Below are positions 31,809 to 42,329 of a stretch of DNA of 64,000 nucleotides, one piece after another. Origin of the DNA: Bacteroidales bacterium (GTDB lineage Bacteria; Bacteroidota; Bacteroidia; Bacteroidales; WCHB1-69). The stretch lies in assembly GCA_024400755.1 (NCBI GenBank), contig JAKSMG010000006.1:17361-81360 (forward strand). Direction: 5' to 3'. The notes beneath the pieces are model-generated. The model was not told the DNA's origin. It worked only from the letters and a program-made list of their open reading frames with translations, and ran no database searches. The stretch's first letter is position 1, and the number at the start of each line of letters is the position of its first letter. Both the position numbers and the translations under genes were made by a program.

Positions 31809-33434
31809 TTAATTTTTCTTGTTGATGGATAATGCTTTCAAGATGGCTTTGTCATTGCTGTTGATGACGGGATAAAAGGCCTCGTCTTGATAGACATCCC
31901 TGCCGATAAGGGCTTTGAGCCATATCTTGAGTTCCTTGATGGATTCGTTGTTGAGGTTCTGCACCTTTTGGCCATTTTTTTGGGTATAGAAATTCAGCAG
32001 TTGTTTCAGCAGTTCGTTGCTGACGGTCATGCCTTTTACGTAGGCTTGGGCCGTAGGGTACTGCTTCAGCAGTTGGTCTTTGTGTTCAGTGGCGTAGTTG
32101 AAGGCAAATTGAATGATGGCGGAAGAGTTGAGCACTTGGTAGTAGGCATTGAGGGTGCTGTCTTCATCCAAAGGTATGAAATAATCTGGCATAATGCCGC
32201 CGCCGCCATAGACGATCCGGCCTTTTTTCGTTTTGAATTTCTGGTTTTCATCAAACTTGATGCTGTCGGCGTGGCTCATTTCACCACGGTAGAAGCGGTC
32301 GATGAAGTCTTCGTAATAAGCTTCGGTGCCGTTGCCGTACTGGCGTTGGATGCAGCGGCCGGAAGGAGTGTGGTAGCGGGCAACGGTCAGGCGGATGCTG
32401 GACTTGTCGGACAAGTCGATTTGGCGTTGGACAAGTCCCTTGCCGAAGGAACGGCGGCCGATGACGACACCGCGGTCGTTGTCTTGAATGGCACCTGCTA
32501 CGATTTCGCTGGCCGACGCACTGAAGTCGTCAATGAGCACGACTACTTCGCCAGTTTCAAAATTGCCATAGCGGGTAGCGTAAATTTTGTCCGTGGGAAC
32601 ACGTAAACCTTCGGTATAGACAATCATCTCGCCTTTCGGCAAAAATTCGTCGCAGACTTGGATGGCGGCGTCTAAAAAGCCTCCCGAATTGCTCCGAAGG
32701 TCCAAAATCATCTTCGTCATTCCTTTCTTTTTCAACTTGCTGATGGCTTCACTGAACTCTTTGCCCGTCGTGGCGCCAAACTGGTTGATTTTGATGTAGC
32801 CCGTGTGGTCTTCCACCATATAGGCGATGTCCAAAGTATAAGTCGGAATGACGTCGCGTGTGACGATATAATCGTAAATCTGATTAAATCCTTGTCGCAT
32901 AATGCCGATTTTGACGGTCGTTTTTTTCTTTCCGCGCAGCATTTTCATCACATCTTCGTTCTGAATGCCGATGCCTGCCACCACTTTTCCATCCACCTTG
33001 ACAATGCGGTCGCCGGCACGAATGCCCTGTTTCTCTGAAGGACCGCCGCTTACTGTGGAAACAACCATGATCGTGTCGTTCATGATGCTGAATTGAATGC
33101 CGACTCCCTCAAAGGCGCCTTCAAGCGATTCCATCATCGATTTGTTGTCAGCGGCATTGGCGTAGGTGGAGTGGGGGTCCAGCCCCGCTAACATAGAGGT
33201 GATAGCGCTTTCAAACAATTTGTCGGTATTGACCGTATCGACATAATAGGCATTGACATATTTGATGACTTCATCCAATTTATTGGTTTGCGAATGCGAT
33301 AGTCCTTTTTGCTTGGAGGGAAGAAAATATACAGCCACGGTCATTCCCACTAAAAATGAAATCAAAATAGTGAAAAAGATACGGATGTGTTCTCCGTGCG
33401 AGCTTCTCTCTTCGGTGAAATTAGGTTCACTCAT
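31809..33434 (-). CDS. S41 family carboxy-terminal processing protease
   Basis: PDZ region followed by RSNSGG...DDFSASASE and GRRSFGKG catalytic motifs. Confidence 0.9.
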   Translation of the reverse strand: MSEPNFTEERSSHGEHIRIFFTILISFLVGMTVAVYFLPSKQKGLSHSQTNKLDEVIKYVNAYYVDTVNTDKLFESAITSMLAGLDPHSTYANAADNKSMMESLEGAFEGVGIQFSIMNDTIMVVSTVSGGPSEKQGIRAGDRIVKVDGKVVAGIGIQNEDVMKMLRGKKKTTVKIGIMRQGFNQIYDYIVTRDVIPTYTLDIAYMVEDHTGYIKINQFGATTGKEFSEAISKLKKKGMTKMILDLRSNSGGFLDAAIQVCDEFLPKGEMIVYTEGLRVPTDKIYATRYGNFETGEVVVLIDDFSASASEIVAGAIQDNDRGVVIGRRSFGKGLVQRQIDLSDKSSIRLTVARYHTPSGRCIQRQYGNGTEAYYEDFIDRFYRGEMSHADSIKFDENQKFKTKKGRIVYGGGGIMPDYFIPLDEDSTLNAYYQVLNSSAIIQFAFNYATEHKDQLLKQYPTAQAYVKGMTVSNELLKQLLNFYTQKNGQKVQNLNNESIKELKIWLKALIGRDVYQDEAFYPVINSNDKAILKALSINKKN

Positions 33435-33436
33435 AA

Positions 33437-34474
33437 TTATTTTCTTTGACGTTTGATGGAAGACTGATGTAATAATTCTAAAAAGTTATTGATAAAATCT
33501 TGATAATCATTATCTTGTAATGATTCTTTGAGATAAAGGTCCACCACTTTCTTCCATTGTTCTGGTTGTACGACGGGAAGATTGTGCTCTTGCTTGATTT
33601 TGGCAATGAGATCAACAACCTCCATTCGTTTTCTTAATAAAACGCTCAATTGAGTGTCGATATTGTTGATTTGTGTTCGTTGTTTTCGTAATTCGTTTTC
33701 TGCCGGGGAGGTGACGTTGTCCTTAAAATTGAGGCTGAGCAGCAAATTGACAAAGTCGTCGGGAGTAAGTTGTTGTGCGGCATCGCTCAGGGCGTTTTCC
33801 GGTTGATGGTGCGTTTCAATCATCAAGCCGTCAAAACCGTAATCCAAAGCCAGTTGAGACAATTGTCCGATATAGTTTCTGTTTCCGGCTATATGTGATG
33901 GGTCGCAGAGTATGGGCATTTCGGGGAAATGGATTTTCAGGTCGATGGCAATTTCCCAACCGGGACGATTGCGATAGACGCTTTCGCCACTGTCGGCAAA
34001 ACCGCGATGAATGGCCATTATTTGCTTGACACCAGCCTTCCTAAAGCGTTCGATGTTGCCAATCCAGAGTTTGAGGTCGGCAATCATAGGATTTTTGACC
34101 ATCACGGTAAAGTCACGACCTTGAATCGCGGATGCAATTTCTTGAATGTCAAAAGGATTAACGCCAGTTCTCGAGCCAATCCAAATCGTTTTAATATGGT
34201 GTTTTTCGCAAAGGTCCAATTGTTCGGGTGCATTGACTTCCACGCAGACAGGAAAGCCGTATTGCTCTTGGATGTCTTGCAGCCACGGCAGTGCCTTTTC
34301 GCCGCAACCGGCAAATGCGTCTGGTTGGCTGCGGGGTTTCCACACACCTGCCCGAAAATAGTCCAGTTGCCGTTTTTGGGCAGCCAACGCGTCTGATAGT
34401 CCCTTGGCGGTAAGGGATAGCTGCTCGTAGGATTCGGCAGCGCAAGGGCCTGCGACAATGATGGTGTTGGACAT
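33437..34474 (-). CDS. bifunctional DAHP synthase / chorismate mutase
   Basis: The N-terminal domain is a KDSA/DAHP synthase-like TIM barrel (GPCAAES, CDPSH). The C-terminal domain is chorismate mutase type II (LRKQRTQINNIDTQLSVLLRKRMEVV). Confidence 0.85.
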   Translation of the reverse strand: MSNTIIVAGPCAAESYEQLSLTAKGLSDALAAQKRQLDYFRAGVWKPRSQPDAFAGCGEKALPWLQDIQEQYGFPVCVEVNAPEQLDLCEKHHIKTIWIGSRTGVNPFDIQEIASAIQGRDFTVMVKNPMIADLKLWIGNIERFRKAGVKQIMAIHRGFADSGESVYRNRPGWEIAIDLKIHFPEMPILCDPSHIAGNRNYIGQLSQLALDYGFDGLMIETHHQPENALSDAAQQLTPDDFVNLLLSLNFKDNVTSPAENELRKQRTQINNIDTQLSVLLRKRMEVVDLIAKIKQEHNLPVVQPEQWKKVVDLYLKESLQDNDYQDFINNFLELLHQSSIKRQRK

Positions 34475-34475
34475 T

Positions 34476-35432
34476 TTATTGTTGGTTGAAAGTCAAAATA
34501 TTAAGAGAATTGGGCAGCATTTCTATTTCATAACGCCCTTGAGCCAAAAGTTCGCCTTCCATTTCGCTTAAAATGTAGGGAGAAGAGTCGATGACTAATT
34601 TGTTGGTACGGAAAAATTGCACTCCTTCAATCATTTTGAGATGTTCTCCCGTGAAAATATATTTAATTTTTCTGATCACGGTCATTTTGCTGATTTTAGG
34701 AATGATAATCACGTCAAAAAGTCCGTCATCGTATTGGGCCTGAGGTGCTTGACGCATTCCACCGCCATTGTATTGGCAAACCGCCACCACCATCATAAAG
34801 GGCATTCCTTCATATTGGAATTCTTCGGATTGAATGGTAGTCTTTTTGAATTTGAACTTGAACAAAGTGGTGATAGCCCGCAAAAGATAGACGGAAATCT
34901 TTTTGAAGAGGGGCTTGTTATAGATGGTTTCGTAAATGACGTCGGCGGAGTAGCAATAACTGTTGATGTTAAGAAAATAGCGTTTTTCCAGCATATCTCC
35001 TTCTTGAAAGACCTTTGTCAAGCCGATATCGTGTGTTGTGAAATGTCCTTGAAGAAATCCATCAATGGTATCTAATTGATTTTTAGGGAAGTGGTGGGTT
35101 CGTGCCCAGTCGTTGCCGCGACCGTGGGGAATGACGGCCAAAAAAACCTCGTTGGTGTTCACGCGGGAACCGAAAATGCCGTTGACCACTTCGTTGATGG
35201 TGCCGTCGCCGCCCACGACAATAAAATACCGATAGCCGTCGCGGCACAGGTTTTTGGTAATCTTGATGCCGGCGTGGCTGCCGTCGGAATAGTGTATTTT
35301 ATATTGAATATGATGTTGCTCCAATTTGGCAATAATATCAGGCCATTCATCAAAATTCTTCCGCTCGCAGGCGTTGGGATTCATGATAATCTGCCATTCA
35401 AAATCAGCAACATTGATAGTATTTAGAGCCAT
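34476..35432 (-). CDS. diacylglycerol kinase-family lipid kinase (YegS/BmrU type)
   Basis: VVGGDGTINEVVNG motif and GRGNDWAR. Confidence 0.8.
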   Translation of the reverse strand: MALNTINVADFEWQIIMNPNACERKNFDEWPDIIAKLEQHHIQYKIHYSDGSHAGIKITKNLCRDGYRYFIVVGGDGTINEVVNGIFGSRVNTNEVFLAVIPHGRGNDWARTHHFPKNQLDTIDGFLQGHFTTHDIGLTKVFQEGDMLEKRYFLNINSYCYSADVIYETIYNKPLFKKISVYLLRAITTLFKFKFKKTTIQSEEFQYEGMPFMMVVAVCQYNGGGMRQAPQAQYDDGLFDVIIIPKISKMTVIRKIKYIFTGEHLKMIEGVQFFRTNKLVIDSSPYILSEMEGELLAQGRYEIEMLPNSLNILTFNQQ

Positions 35433-35536
35433 ACAATAAATTTTGGCAAAGATAACATTTTTATCTATACCATATTAATAAAAACCAAAAAGGCCTCCAT
35501 AAAGGAAGCCTTTTTTAGTGATTTATGGATTGATTT

Positions 35537-37177
35537 TTATTTAGCCACTCTTTCAAGCCATTTAAGCATTCCGAACATAACACCCATAGCCACAATGCAG
35601 ACGATAAAGAATATCAACCAGCAAAGCCACAAGTTGGGTAATTTGTTATAGAAGATGGGGCCGAGGAGGATTAACAAGTTACCGATAGCCGTAGCACTCA
35701 ACCACAGACCTTGGCAGATACCTTGGATATGTTTCGGAGCGATTTTAGAAACGAAACTCAATCCAAGTGGAGAGATGAATAATTCGGCAACAGTAAGGAA
35801 GAAATAAACGACCAACATAACCCAAGCACCTGCTTTCATACCGGTTTGAGTTTCGATATCGAGTGCACGATAAGCGTCACCGGAAGGATAACCGTTAACG
35901 CTGCTCAATATGGTCAAGAACAGATAAGCACAAGCCGTAATACCCATACCAAGGGCAATCTTGCGAGGTGTAGAGATTTTGCGACCCCATTTTGTGCTAA
36001 AAACTAACATAATGATAGGGGTGAGCAAAATAACCAAACATGGATTCACGCATTGCCAAATTTCAGGGGCGATAGAAGAAGTGTTGACGAAGTCGCGGGC
36101 AAAGAAAGAGAGTGATTCCCCATTTTGGTGGAAAGACATCCAGAAAAATACACAAACACCCAATACGGCATACAAACCAGCCATACGTTGTTTGATTTCT
36201 TTAGCCATAGCGGCTTTTTCTTCAGCTGTATAGACAACAGCTTCTTCTTCAGTTACATCAGCCGTTTTCTTAACAGGATCCGGCATACCTTTCTTTGTGC
36301 AGACAAAGATGATGAAGGAGATAAGCATTGCACAAACAGAGGCGATGAAGGAGAAGTGAACACCCGTGTTGAAAGTGGTCAGATAATCAGTACATGCTTG
36401 AGCGATATTGGCTACACCGTCAGGATTGCATTGAGTCATCAAAGTATTCAGGTTATCCATTGAGTTCGCATCCATTGTGCCATTGTTAAATTGGTGGCAT
36501 AAAGCGGGAAGGCTGGCGTTGTAGGTCATACCTTTGACGCCCAACCACCATTGACGCAATACAGGAGCGATAAATGGAGCTACGACACCGCCGATATTGA
36601 TAAATACGTAAAAGATTTGGAAACCTGGGTCACGTTTGGATTGAGCTTCTTTCAAAGCTTCAGGGCCTTCCTTGGCTGCTTCAGCTTCAAAATTGTCATA
36701 CATCTGGCCAACAATAGCCTGTAAGTTCCCTTTGAACAAGCCATTACCAAATGCGATAACCAGAAGAGCGAAACAAGTAAGGGCCAAAACAAGACCTTTA
36801 CTTGATGGTGTTGCCATAATTGGAATAGAAAGAATAATATAACCACAAGCCATCGTTAACAAACCGGCTTGAATGGTGCCTTTGTAATTCTGCAATTTAT
36901 CGGCAATAATACCGCCTGGCAAACTCAATACATAAATTGAAAAATAGAAAATACTGTAAATGATACCTGCAATATGATCTGGAATACCAAACTTAGAGCA
37001 GATGAACAATACTAATACGGCGTTCATAATATAATAGCCGAAACGTTCACCCATATTGCTCAATGCAGCAGCGATCAATCCCTTGGGATGTCCTTTCTTT
37101 GCCTCACGAACGTAAAGAATTACAGCAACAATTACAATAATTGCTACTGTCAGGATTACATAACCTAATGTTGACAT
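35537..37177 (-). CDS. proton-dependent oligopeptide transporter (POT/PTR2 family)
   Basis: GERFGYYIMNAVLVLF and GGIIADK motifs in a polytopic MFS fold. Confidence 0.85.
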   Translation of the reverse strand: MSTLGYVILTVAIIVIVAVILYVREAKKGHPKGLIAAALSNMGERFGYYIMNAVLVLFICSKFGIPDHIAGIIYSIFYFSIYVLSLPGGIIADKLQNYKGTIQAGLLTMACGYIILSIPIMATPSSKGLVLALTCFALLVIAFGNGLFKGNLQAIVGQMYDNFEAEAAKEGPEALKEAQSKRDPGFQIFYVFINIGGVVAPFIAPVLRQWWLGVKGMTYNASLPALCHQFNNGTMDANSMDNLNTLMTQCNPDGVANIAQACTDYLTTFNTGVHFSFIASVCAMLISFIIFVCTKKGMPDPVKKTADVTEEEAVVYTAEEKAAMAKEIKQRMAGLYAVLGVCVFFWMSFHQNGESLSFFARDFVNTSSIAPEIWQCVNPCLVILLTPIIMLVFSTKWGRKISTPRKIALGMGITACAYLFLTILSSVNGYPSGDAYRALDIETQTGMKAGAWVMLVVYFFLTVAELFISPLGLSFVSKIAPKHIQGICQGLWLSATAIGNLLILLGPIFYNKLPNLWLCWLIFFIVCIVAMGVMFGMLKWLERVAK

Positions 37178-37213
37178 AAACTGATATTTTTAGTTAATAA
37201 ATAAATTGTCTGA

Positions 37214-37528
37214 TTACAAAAGGGCGTCAATTTTAGCGGTGAGTTCGCTTTTTTTCAAAGTGCCCACATTCACATCTTTTACTTCACCGCCTTTTAGGAA
37301 GACGATCATAGGAATGTTGCGTACACCGAATTGCATGGCGATGTCGTTGTTGTCATCTACATTGCATTTTCCCACGATGGCCTTGCCTTCGTATTCGGCA
37401 GCCACTTCTTCGATGGTTGGACCCAGGGCCTTGCAAGGACCGCACCAGGGAGCCCAGAAATCGATTACTACTAACTTATCGCCATTGGCGAGAGATTCAA
37501 AATTGCTGGAATTAATTTCTAATGCCAT
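37214..37528 (-). CDS. trxA: thioredoxin
   Basis: WAPWCGPCK active site in 104 aa. Confidence 0.92.
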   Translation of the reverse strand: MALEINSSNFESLANGDKLVVIDFWAPWCGPCKALGPTIEEVAAEYEGKAIVGKCNVDDNNDIAMQFGVRNIPMIVFLKGGEVKDVNVGTLKKSELTAKIDALL

Positions 37529-37563
37529 ATCTTTGTGTTTTTAATGATTAATAATATTTCTTT

Positions 37564-38649
37564 TTATTGAACTTCAACGGCTTCTTTTAATCTTTCCGCG
37601 TTTTCCGCCACTTGCAGGGCCTCGATGGTTTCCTGAATGTCACCATCCATAAATCCGACCAAATTGTACATCGTAAGATTGATGCGGTGGTCGGTAACGC
37701 GGTTTTGAGGATAGTTGTAGGTGCGAATCTTGGCCGAGCGGTCGCCGGTAGATACCATCGTTTTACGCTTGGAGGCCACTTCGTCAAGATATTTTTTGTA
37801 TTCACGCTCGAAAAGACGAGTTCTCAACACGCTCATTGCCTTGTCGAGGTTCTTTAGCTGGGATTTTTCATCCTGAATGGCCACCACGATACCCGTTGGA
37901 ATGTGGGTCAAACGAACGGCGGAGTAAGTGGTGTTCACGGATTGGCCGCCGGGACCTGAAGAACAGTAGGTGTCCTTACGAATGTCGCTCATCTTCAGTT
38001 CAACGTCAAATTCGTCGGCTTCGGGCAGAACAACCACGGAGGCAGCCGAGGTGTGGACGCGTCCTTGCGCTTCGGTTTGCGGCACACGTTGCACGCGGTG
38101 AACGCCAGACTCATATTTCATCAGGCCGTAAACGCCGTCACCGCTGATGGTGAAGACGATTTCCTTGAAACCGCCCACGGTGCCTTCGGTCATTGAAACC
38201 ACTTCGTATTTCCAACCTCTTTTGTCGCAGTAATGCTGGTACATACGGAACAAATCTCCGGCAAAAATGCTGGCTTCGTCGCCACCGGTGCCGGCACGGA
38301 TTTCCACCTGCGCGTTTTTGCTGTCCTGAGGATCAGAAGGCAGAAGCAACAATCGGATGTCGTCTTCCATTTGGTCTTTTTCTTTTAGGAAATTGTCCAG
38401 TTCTTCTTTCGCCATTTCACGAAAATCCTCATCCTTTTCCGTGGCAATCACCTCCTTGGAATTGGCAATGTTTTCAACAATGTTTTTGTATTTCTTGTAA
38501 GCCTCCACTACGGCTTGCAGATCCTTGTAGTCCTTGCTCAACTTGATGAATTTCTTCATATCGGCAATGATTTCGGGCTTGGTGATTTCCTCCCCGATTT
38601 CAAGCCATCTTTGATGAATAATCGCAAGTTTGTCTAATAAATCATTCAT
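37564..38649 (-). CDS. prfA: peptide chain release factor 1
   Basis: GGQSVN (GGQ) motif and the RF1-type RVQRVPQTEAQGRVHTS tripeptide region. Confidence 0.95.
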   Translation of the reverse strand: MNDLLDKLAIIHQRWLEIGEEITKPEIIADMKKFIKLSKDYKDLQAVVEAYKKYKNIVENIANSKEVIATEKDEDFREMAKEELDNFLKEKDQMEDDIRLLLLPSDPQDSKNAQVEIRAGTGGDEASIFAGDLFRMYQHYCDKRGWKYEVVSMTEGTVGGFKEIVFTISGDGVYGLMKYESGVHRVQRVPQTEAQGRVHTSAASVVVLPEADEFDVELKMSDIRKDTYCSSGPGGQSVNTTYSAVRLTHIPTGIVVAIQDEKSQLKNLDKAMSVLRTRLFEREYKKYLDEVASKRKTMVSTGDRSAKIRTYNYPQNRVTDHRINLTMYNLVGFMDGDIQETIEALQVAENAERLKEAVEVQ

Positions 38650-38727
38650 TATTTCTCCAATGTATTAATGAGGGTGCAAACTTACAAAAATTTTTGGATT
38701 TTTAGCACCCTAAGTCAAATTTTAACT

Positions 38728-38889
38728 GAATTATTCCCTTTAATCTTGTTGAGATGTTTGCGGCGACACCGTGTCCGAACTATACGCAGTTATATTCCGT
38801 CGCCGCTACTTTTTGCCCAATGACTCATCGCCATTCCGACGAAGCAAAGCGAAGTCGGAATCTCTTTACAAGATAGAAAGGGATAATTT
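38728..38889. mobile_element. MITE-like structured intergenic repeat, copy B (shorter)
   Basis: It shares TTGCCCAAyGACTCATCGCCATTCCGACGrAGCAwAGCGAAGTCGGAATCTCTwTACAAGA..AAGGGATAATT with copy A. Terminal inverted repeats are GAATTATTCCCTTT / AAAGGGATAATT. Confidence 0.55.
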
Positions 38890-38983
38890 CAAATTTTAAA
38901 ACCACGATAAATATTGTCGTAAAATTAACTTATTGATGTTCAAAAATTATTGGTGACAGAAAAAATGTCGCTCTCGTTTTTAG

Positions 38984-38991
38984 TATTTTTG
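38984..38991 (+). promoter_or_regulatory. -7 promoter motif TATTTTTG upstream of ddl
   Basis: TAnnTTTG match 24 nt upstream of the ATG at 39015. Confidence 0.45.
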
Positions 38992-39014
38992 CAAGATTAC
39001 ATAATAATATAGAA

Positions 39015-39995
39015 ATGAAAAACGTAGCTATTTTGGCCGGTGGCAATTCCGGTGAATATGAAGTCTCTCTCAAAACCGGTGAGAATATAATGAATCAGAT
39101 GGATAGAAAGTTGTTCAATCCATATTTTATTCACGTTAAGGGAACAGAATGGAGTTATTGCGACGAACAAAACAATAAGTATTTTATCGATAAGAATAAT
39201 TTTTCGTTGACACTTAAAGGTCAGAAAATTATTTTTGACGTGGTGTTCATCGCCATTCACGGAAACCCGGGAGAAAACGGAAAGTTCCAGGGCTATTTCG
39301 ATATGCTCGACATTCCTTATACCGGTTGTGATTGTTTCTGCTCGGCTTTGACTTTCAACAAATATTTCTGCAATGCGGCCGTGCGTGAAATTGGCGTGCC
39401 CGTTTCACCTTCCCTTCATTTTTATCGCAATGATGTGATTGACGAGGCCGAAGTGGAAAGCGTTTGCGGTTTTCCTTGCTTTGTCAAACCCTGCAATTCG
39501 GGTTCCAGCGTCGGCGTGACCAAGGTGCATAACCTTGAGCAAATGAAGGCTGCCGTTGCCGAGGCATTTAAGTATGATGACCAACTGATGATAGAGAAAC
39601 TGATTTCAGGTCAGGAACTGGCTTGCGGCGTGGCTACCGTGGATGGTCAATTGCGTGCTTTGGCCGTGACGGAAATTACCAGTAAGAACGAATTTTACGA
39701 TTACCAGTCCAAATACACCGACGGTTTGCACGATTTGATTACTCCCGCACGCCTGTCGAAGGAAAATTACGAATTGGTGATGAAATATTCCGAAAAAGTT
39801 TATCATCATTTAAACTGTAAGGGGGTTGTGCGTGTCGATTTTATTATAACGCCGGAAGGAACGCCCTATTTCTTGGAAATCAATACGATTCCAGGACAAA
39901 CCGCTATGAGTATCATTCCTAATCAAGTGAAATACAATAAAATAGATTTAAAAGATTTTTACACAGGCGTCGTTTTAGATGCACTCAACAAATAA
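39015..39995 (+). CDS. ddl: D-alanine--D-alanine ligase
   Basis: ATP-grasp protein with an HGNPGENGKFQG motif and an EINTIPGQT C-terminal motif. Confidence 0.9.
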   Translation: MKNVAILAGGNSGEYEVSLKTGENIMNQMDRKLFNPYFIHVKGTEWSYCDEQNNKYFIDKNNFSLTLKGQKIIFDVVFIAIHGNPGENGKFQGYFDMLDIPYTGCDCFCSALTFNKYFCNAAVREIGVPVSPSLHFYRNDVIDEAEVESVCGFPCFVKPCNSGSSVGVTKVHNLEQMKAAVAEAFKYDDQLMIEKLISGQELACGVATVDGQLRALAVTEITSKNEFYDYQSKYTDGLHDLITPARLSKENYELVMKYSEKVYHHLNCKGVVRVDFIITPEGTPYFLEINTIPGQTAMSIIPNQVKYNKIDLKDFYTGVVLDALNK

Positions 39996-40000
39996 TTTGA

Positions 40001-41077
40001 ATGAAGACACGTATCACAATTTTAGTTTTATTATTCGCTTGTCTGCGATTATCGGCACAATATACGGATCAGGATATTGTAAATTACTTGGATCAGTATA
40101 AGGACTTAGCGATTCAAAAGATGTATCAATACAAAATTCCGGCCAGCATTACTTTGGCACAAGGCGTATTTGAAAGTGCTTGCGGAACCAGCCGCCTGGC
40201 TCGTGAAGGCAACAATCATTTTGGTATCAAGTGCCATAACACCTGGACCGGTGACACTTTGCGAATTGATGATGATGAGTTGCAGGAATGCTTTAGAAAG
40301 TACGCCACCCCCGAAGAATCCTATAATGACCATTCCCTGTTTTTGACTTCGCGTTCCCGTTATGCCAATTTGTTTGACTTGGACGTAATGGATTATGAAG
40401 CGTGGGCAAGGGGTTTGAAGGCCGACGGCTATGCGACGAATCCGAAATATGCCGACCGTTTGATCGATTTGATTAAGCGCTTCAATATTGCCCAATATGA
40501 TACTTTGTATCAACAGCGTCTGGCCAGTAACTGGTTTACGGACGAAAATGTGAGAAAACAAGACGAGGTGGCTCAAAAAGAAGTGAAAAACCCCCAATCC
40601 CCAAAGTTTGTTGCCATTAAGAAGGATAGTGTGTATGCACCCAAGCAAAATCTGGACAAGCTTAAGCCCGAAACTTCCAAATGTCTTGTGTTTACGGCAA
40701 CTCCCACGGATTTCCCGAAAGTGAAATATCCGTTTACCGATAGGGATGTGTTTGCCAATAATAAGACCTATTTTGTCATTGCGGTGGAAAATGATACTTA
40801 CGCCTCCATTGCCAAAGATGTTCAGGATACTGAAAAAAATCTTCGGAAATACAACGATGTTACAGATTCTAAACAACAATTGGTGCCGGGCGAAGTGGTT
40901 TATCTTGGCGTTAAAGGCAAGACCGCCACAGAAAAAAATCATTTGGTTCAAGCTGGCGAAACCTTGCGCTACATTTCCCAAAAATATGGCATAAGATTGA
41001 ATTTTATCTTTAAATACAATAATTTGAATGAAAATTCAGTTATTCATCCAAACGATATCATTATATTGAAACATTAA
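40001..41077 (+). CDS. glucosaminidase (GH73-like) plus LysM cell-wall hydrolase
   Basis: PASITLAQGVFESACGTSRLAREGNNHFGIKC and GYATNPKYADRLI. The C-terminal region has LysM-like repeats. Confidence 0.75.
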   Translation: MKTRITILVLLFACLRLSAQYTDQDIVNYLDQYKDLAIQKMYQYKIPASITLAQGVFESACGTSRLAREGNNHFGIKCHNTWTGDTLRIDDDELQECFRKYATPEESYNDHSLFLTSRSRYANLFDLDVMDYEAWARGLKADGYATNPKYADRLIDLIKRFNIAQYDTLYQQRLASNWFTDENVRKQDEVAQKEVKNPQSPKFVAIKKDSVYAPKQNLDKLKPETSKCLVFTATPTDFPKVKYPFTDRDVFANNKTYFVIAVENDTYASIAKDVQDTEKNLRKYNDVTDSKQQLVPGEVVYLGVKGKTATEKNHLVQAGETLRYISQKYGIRLNFIFKYNNLNENSVIHPNDIIILKH

Positions 41078-41081
41078 GACT

Positions 41082-42320
41082 ATGAAAAGAATATTTTTAT
41101 TAATTGCTTGTTTTTCAACTTTTTTTGCCTATTCTCAATATGCGGAAGAAGATGTTTTATCCTATATTGACAAATATTCTTCCCTGGCGGTGCAGTCAAT
41201 GAAGACGTATCATATTCCCGCCAGCGTGAAGTTGGCTCAGGCCATCTATTCTTCCAATGCGGGACAAAGTAAGGTGGCAAAGGAGGCTTTTAATCATTTT
41301 GGCCTTTTGTGCAATAATGAATACAAGGGCGAAACTTATTATGAAACTTCCGATAGAAGTGGAAATTGCTACCGCTTATATAATAATGCGGAAGAATCAT
41401 TTCAAGATCATAATTTGTTCTTGACGACGCGCCCACGCTATGCGGCTTTGTTTGAGCTTCCTATCGATGATTACAGATCTTGGGCCAATGGCTTGCAGAC
41501 CTGCGGCTATTCAATTAACCCAGAGTATGCGCAGCGTTTAATCAATCTTATTGAAAAATACAATTTGACTCGTTTTGATAGAACTTCCGAAAAGCCAGTT
41601 CAGCCGGTAGAAGTAGAAAAAACAGCAGAGCCCGAAGTGGCTGAACAAGTGACTGTTCCTGCTACCGTTTCCGTGACTTCAGCAACCGTGGCTGAACCAC
41701 AGCAAGCTCCGGCCGAACCTAAAACCGTAGTTCAGCCGGTGGCAGACAGAATTGAAAGTCCAGCTTCTCTTCCCGAAAAGAAAGAAAATACCAAAATTGA
41801 AGATCATCAGACGGTAAAGCCGGATACGGTGATTGAGGGAATTGAAATCTATATTAATCGTGCCAAAGCGAAAAAGCCGGCCAAAGTTTCCAATAGTAAT
41901 GCGGCGGAATCGAAACCCATTATTAATATGAATGTTTTCACGGCTAAGGATAATGAATATAGGGTGAGTTATTTTCCATATACGCAGCGTGACGTATATG
42001 AAAACAACAAAATTAAGTTCGTTATTGCACGCAAGGGCGACACTTACGCAAAATTGGCATACGAAACCCAGTTGATGGAATCGGATTTGCGTACGTACAA
42101 TGATGTAACCGGTGATTATGAACCTGTTGAAGGCGAAGTCGTATATTTGCAATTGAAAAACACTAAGTCTGATGTGAGCTACCATAAGTTGGATTATGGT
42201 GATTCGTTCAGATATTTATCACAAAAATATGCTATTCAATTAAAATTGTTACTGAAACGCAACAAGCAACCGGATAACGGATTTGTCGCGGGTTCGTTAA
42301 TTTGTATTGATTGCAAGTAA
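41082..42320 (+). CDS. paralogous glucosaminidase plus LysM cell-wall hydrolase
   Basis: Same motif set as the upstream gene (PASVKLAQAIYSSNAGQSKVAKEAFNHFGL, GYSINPEYAQRLI). An extra Pro/Ala/Glu-rich linker is present. Confidence 0.75.
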   Translation: MKRIFLLIACFSTFFAYSQYAEEDVLSYIDKYSSLAVQSMKTYHIPASVKLAQAIYSSNAGQSKVAKEAFNHFGLLCNNEYKGETYYETSDRSGNCYRLYNNAEESFQDHNLFLTTRPRYAALFELPIDDYRSWANGLQTCGYSINPEYAQRLINLIEKYNLTRFDRTSEKPVQPVEVEKTAEPEVAEQVTVPATVSVTSATVAEPQQAPAEPKTVVQPVADRIESPASLPEKKENTKIEDHQTVKPDTVIEGIEIYINRAKAKKPAKVSNSNAAESKPIINMNVFTAKDNEYRVSYFPYTQRDVYENNKIKFVIARKGDTYAKLAYETQLMESDLRTYNDVTGDYEPVEGEVVYLQLKNTKSDVSYHKLDYGDSFRYLSQKYAIQLKLLLKRNKQPDNGFVAGSLICIDCK

Positions 42321-42329
42321 GCGGAAAAA

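Noticed and set aside
40106-40981. Long antisense ORFs inside well-supported genes. Examples: 291 aa at 40106-40981, 272 aa at 42297-43115, 239 aa at 31887-32606, 191 aa at 24374-24949, 189 aa at 25211-25780 and 179 aa at 11618-12157.
   Set aside because: Each lies fully opposite a gene with clear family motifs. Their compositions are odd and low in complexity (rich in R, H, I, F, N), and they have no recognisable motifs. This is typical of shadow ORFs.
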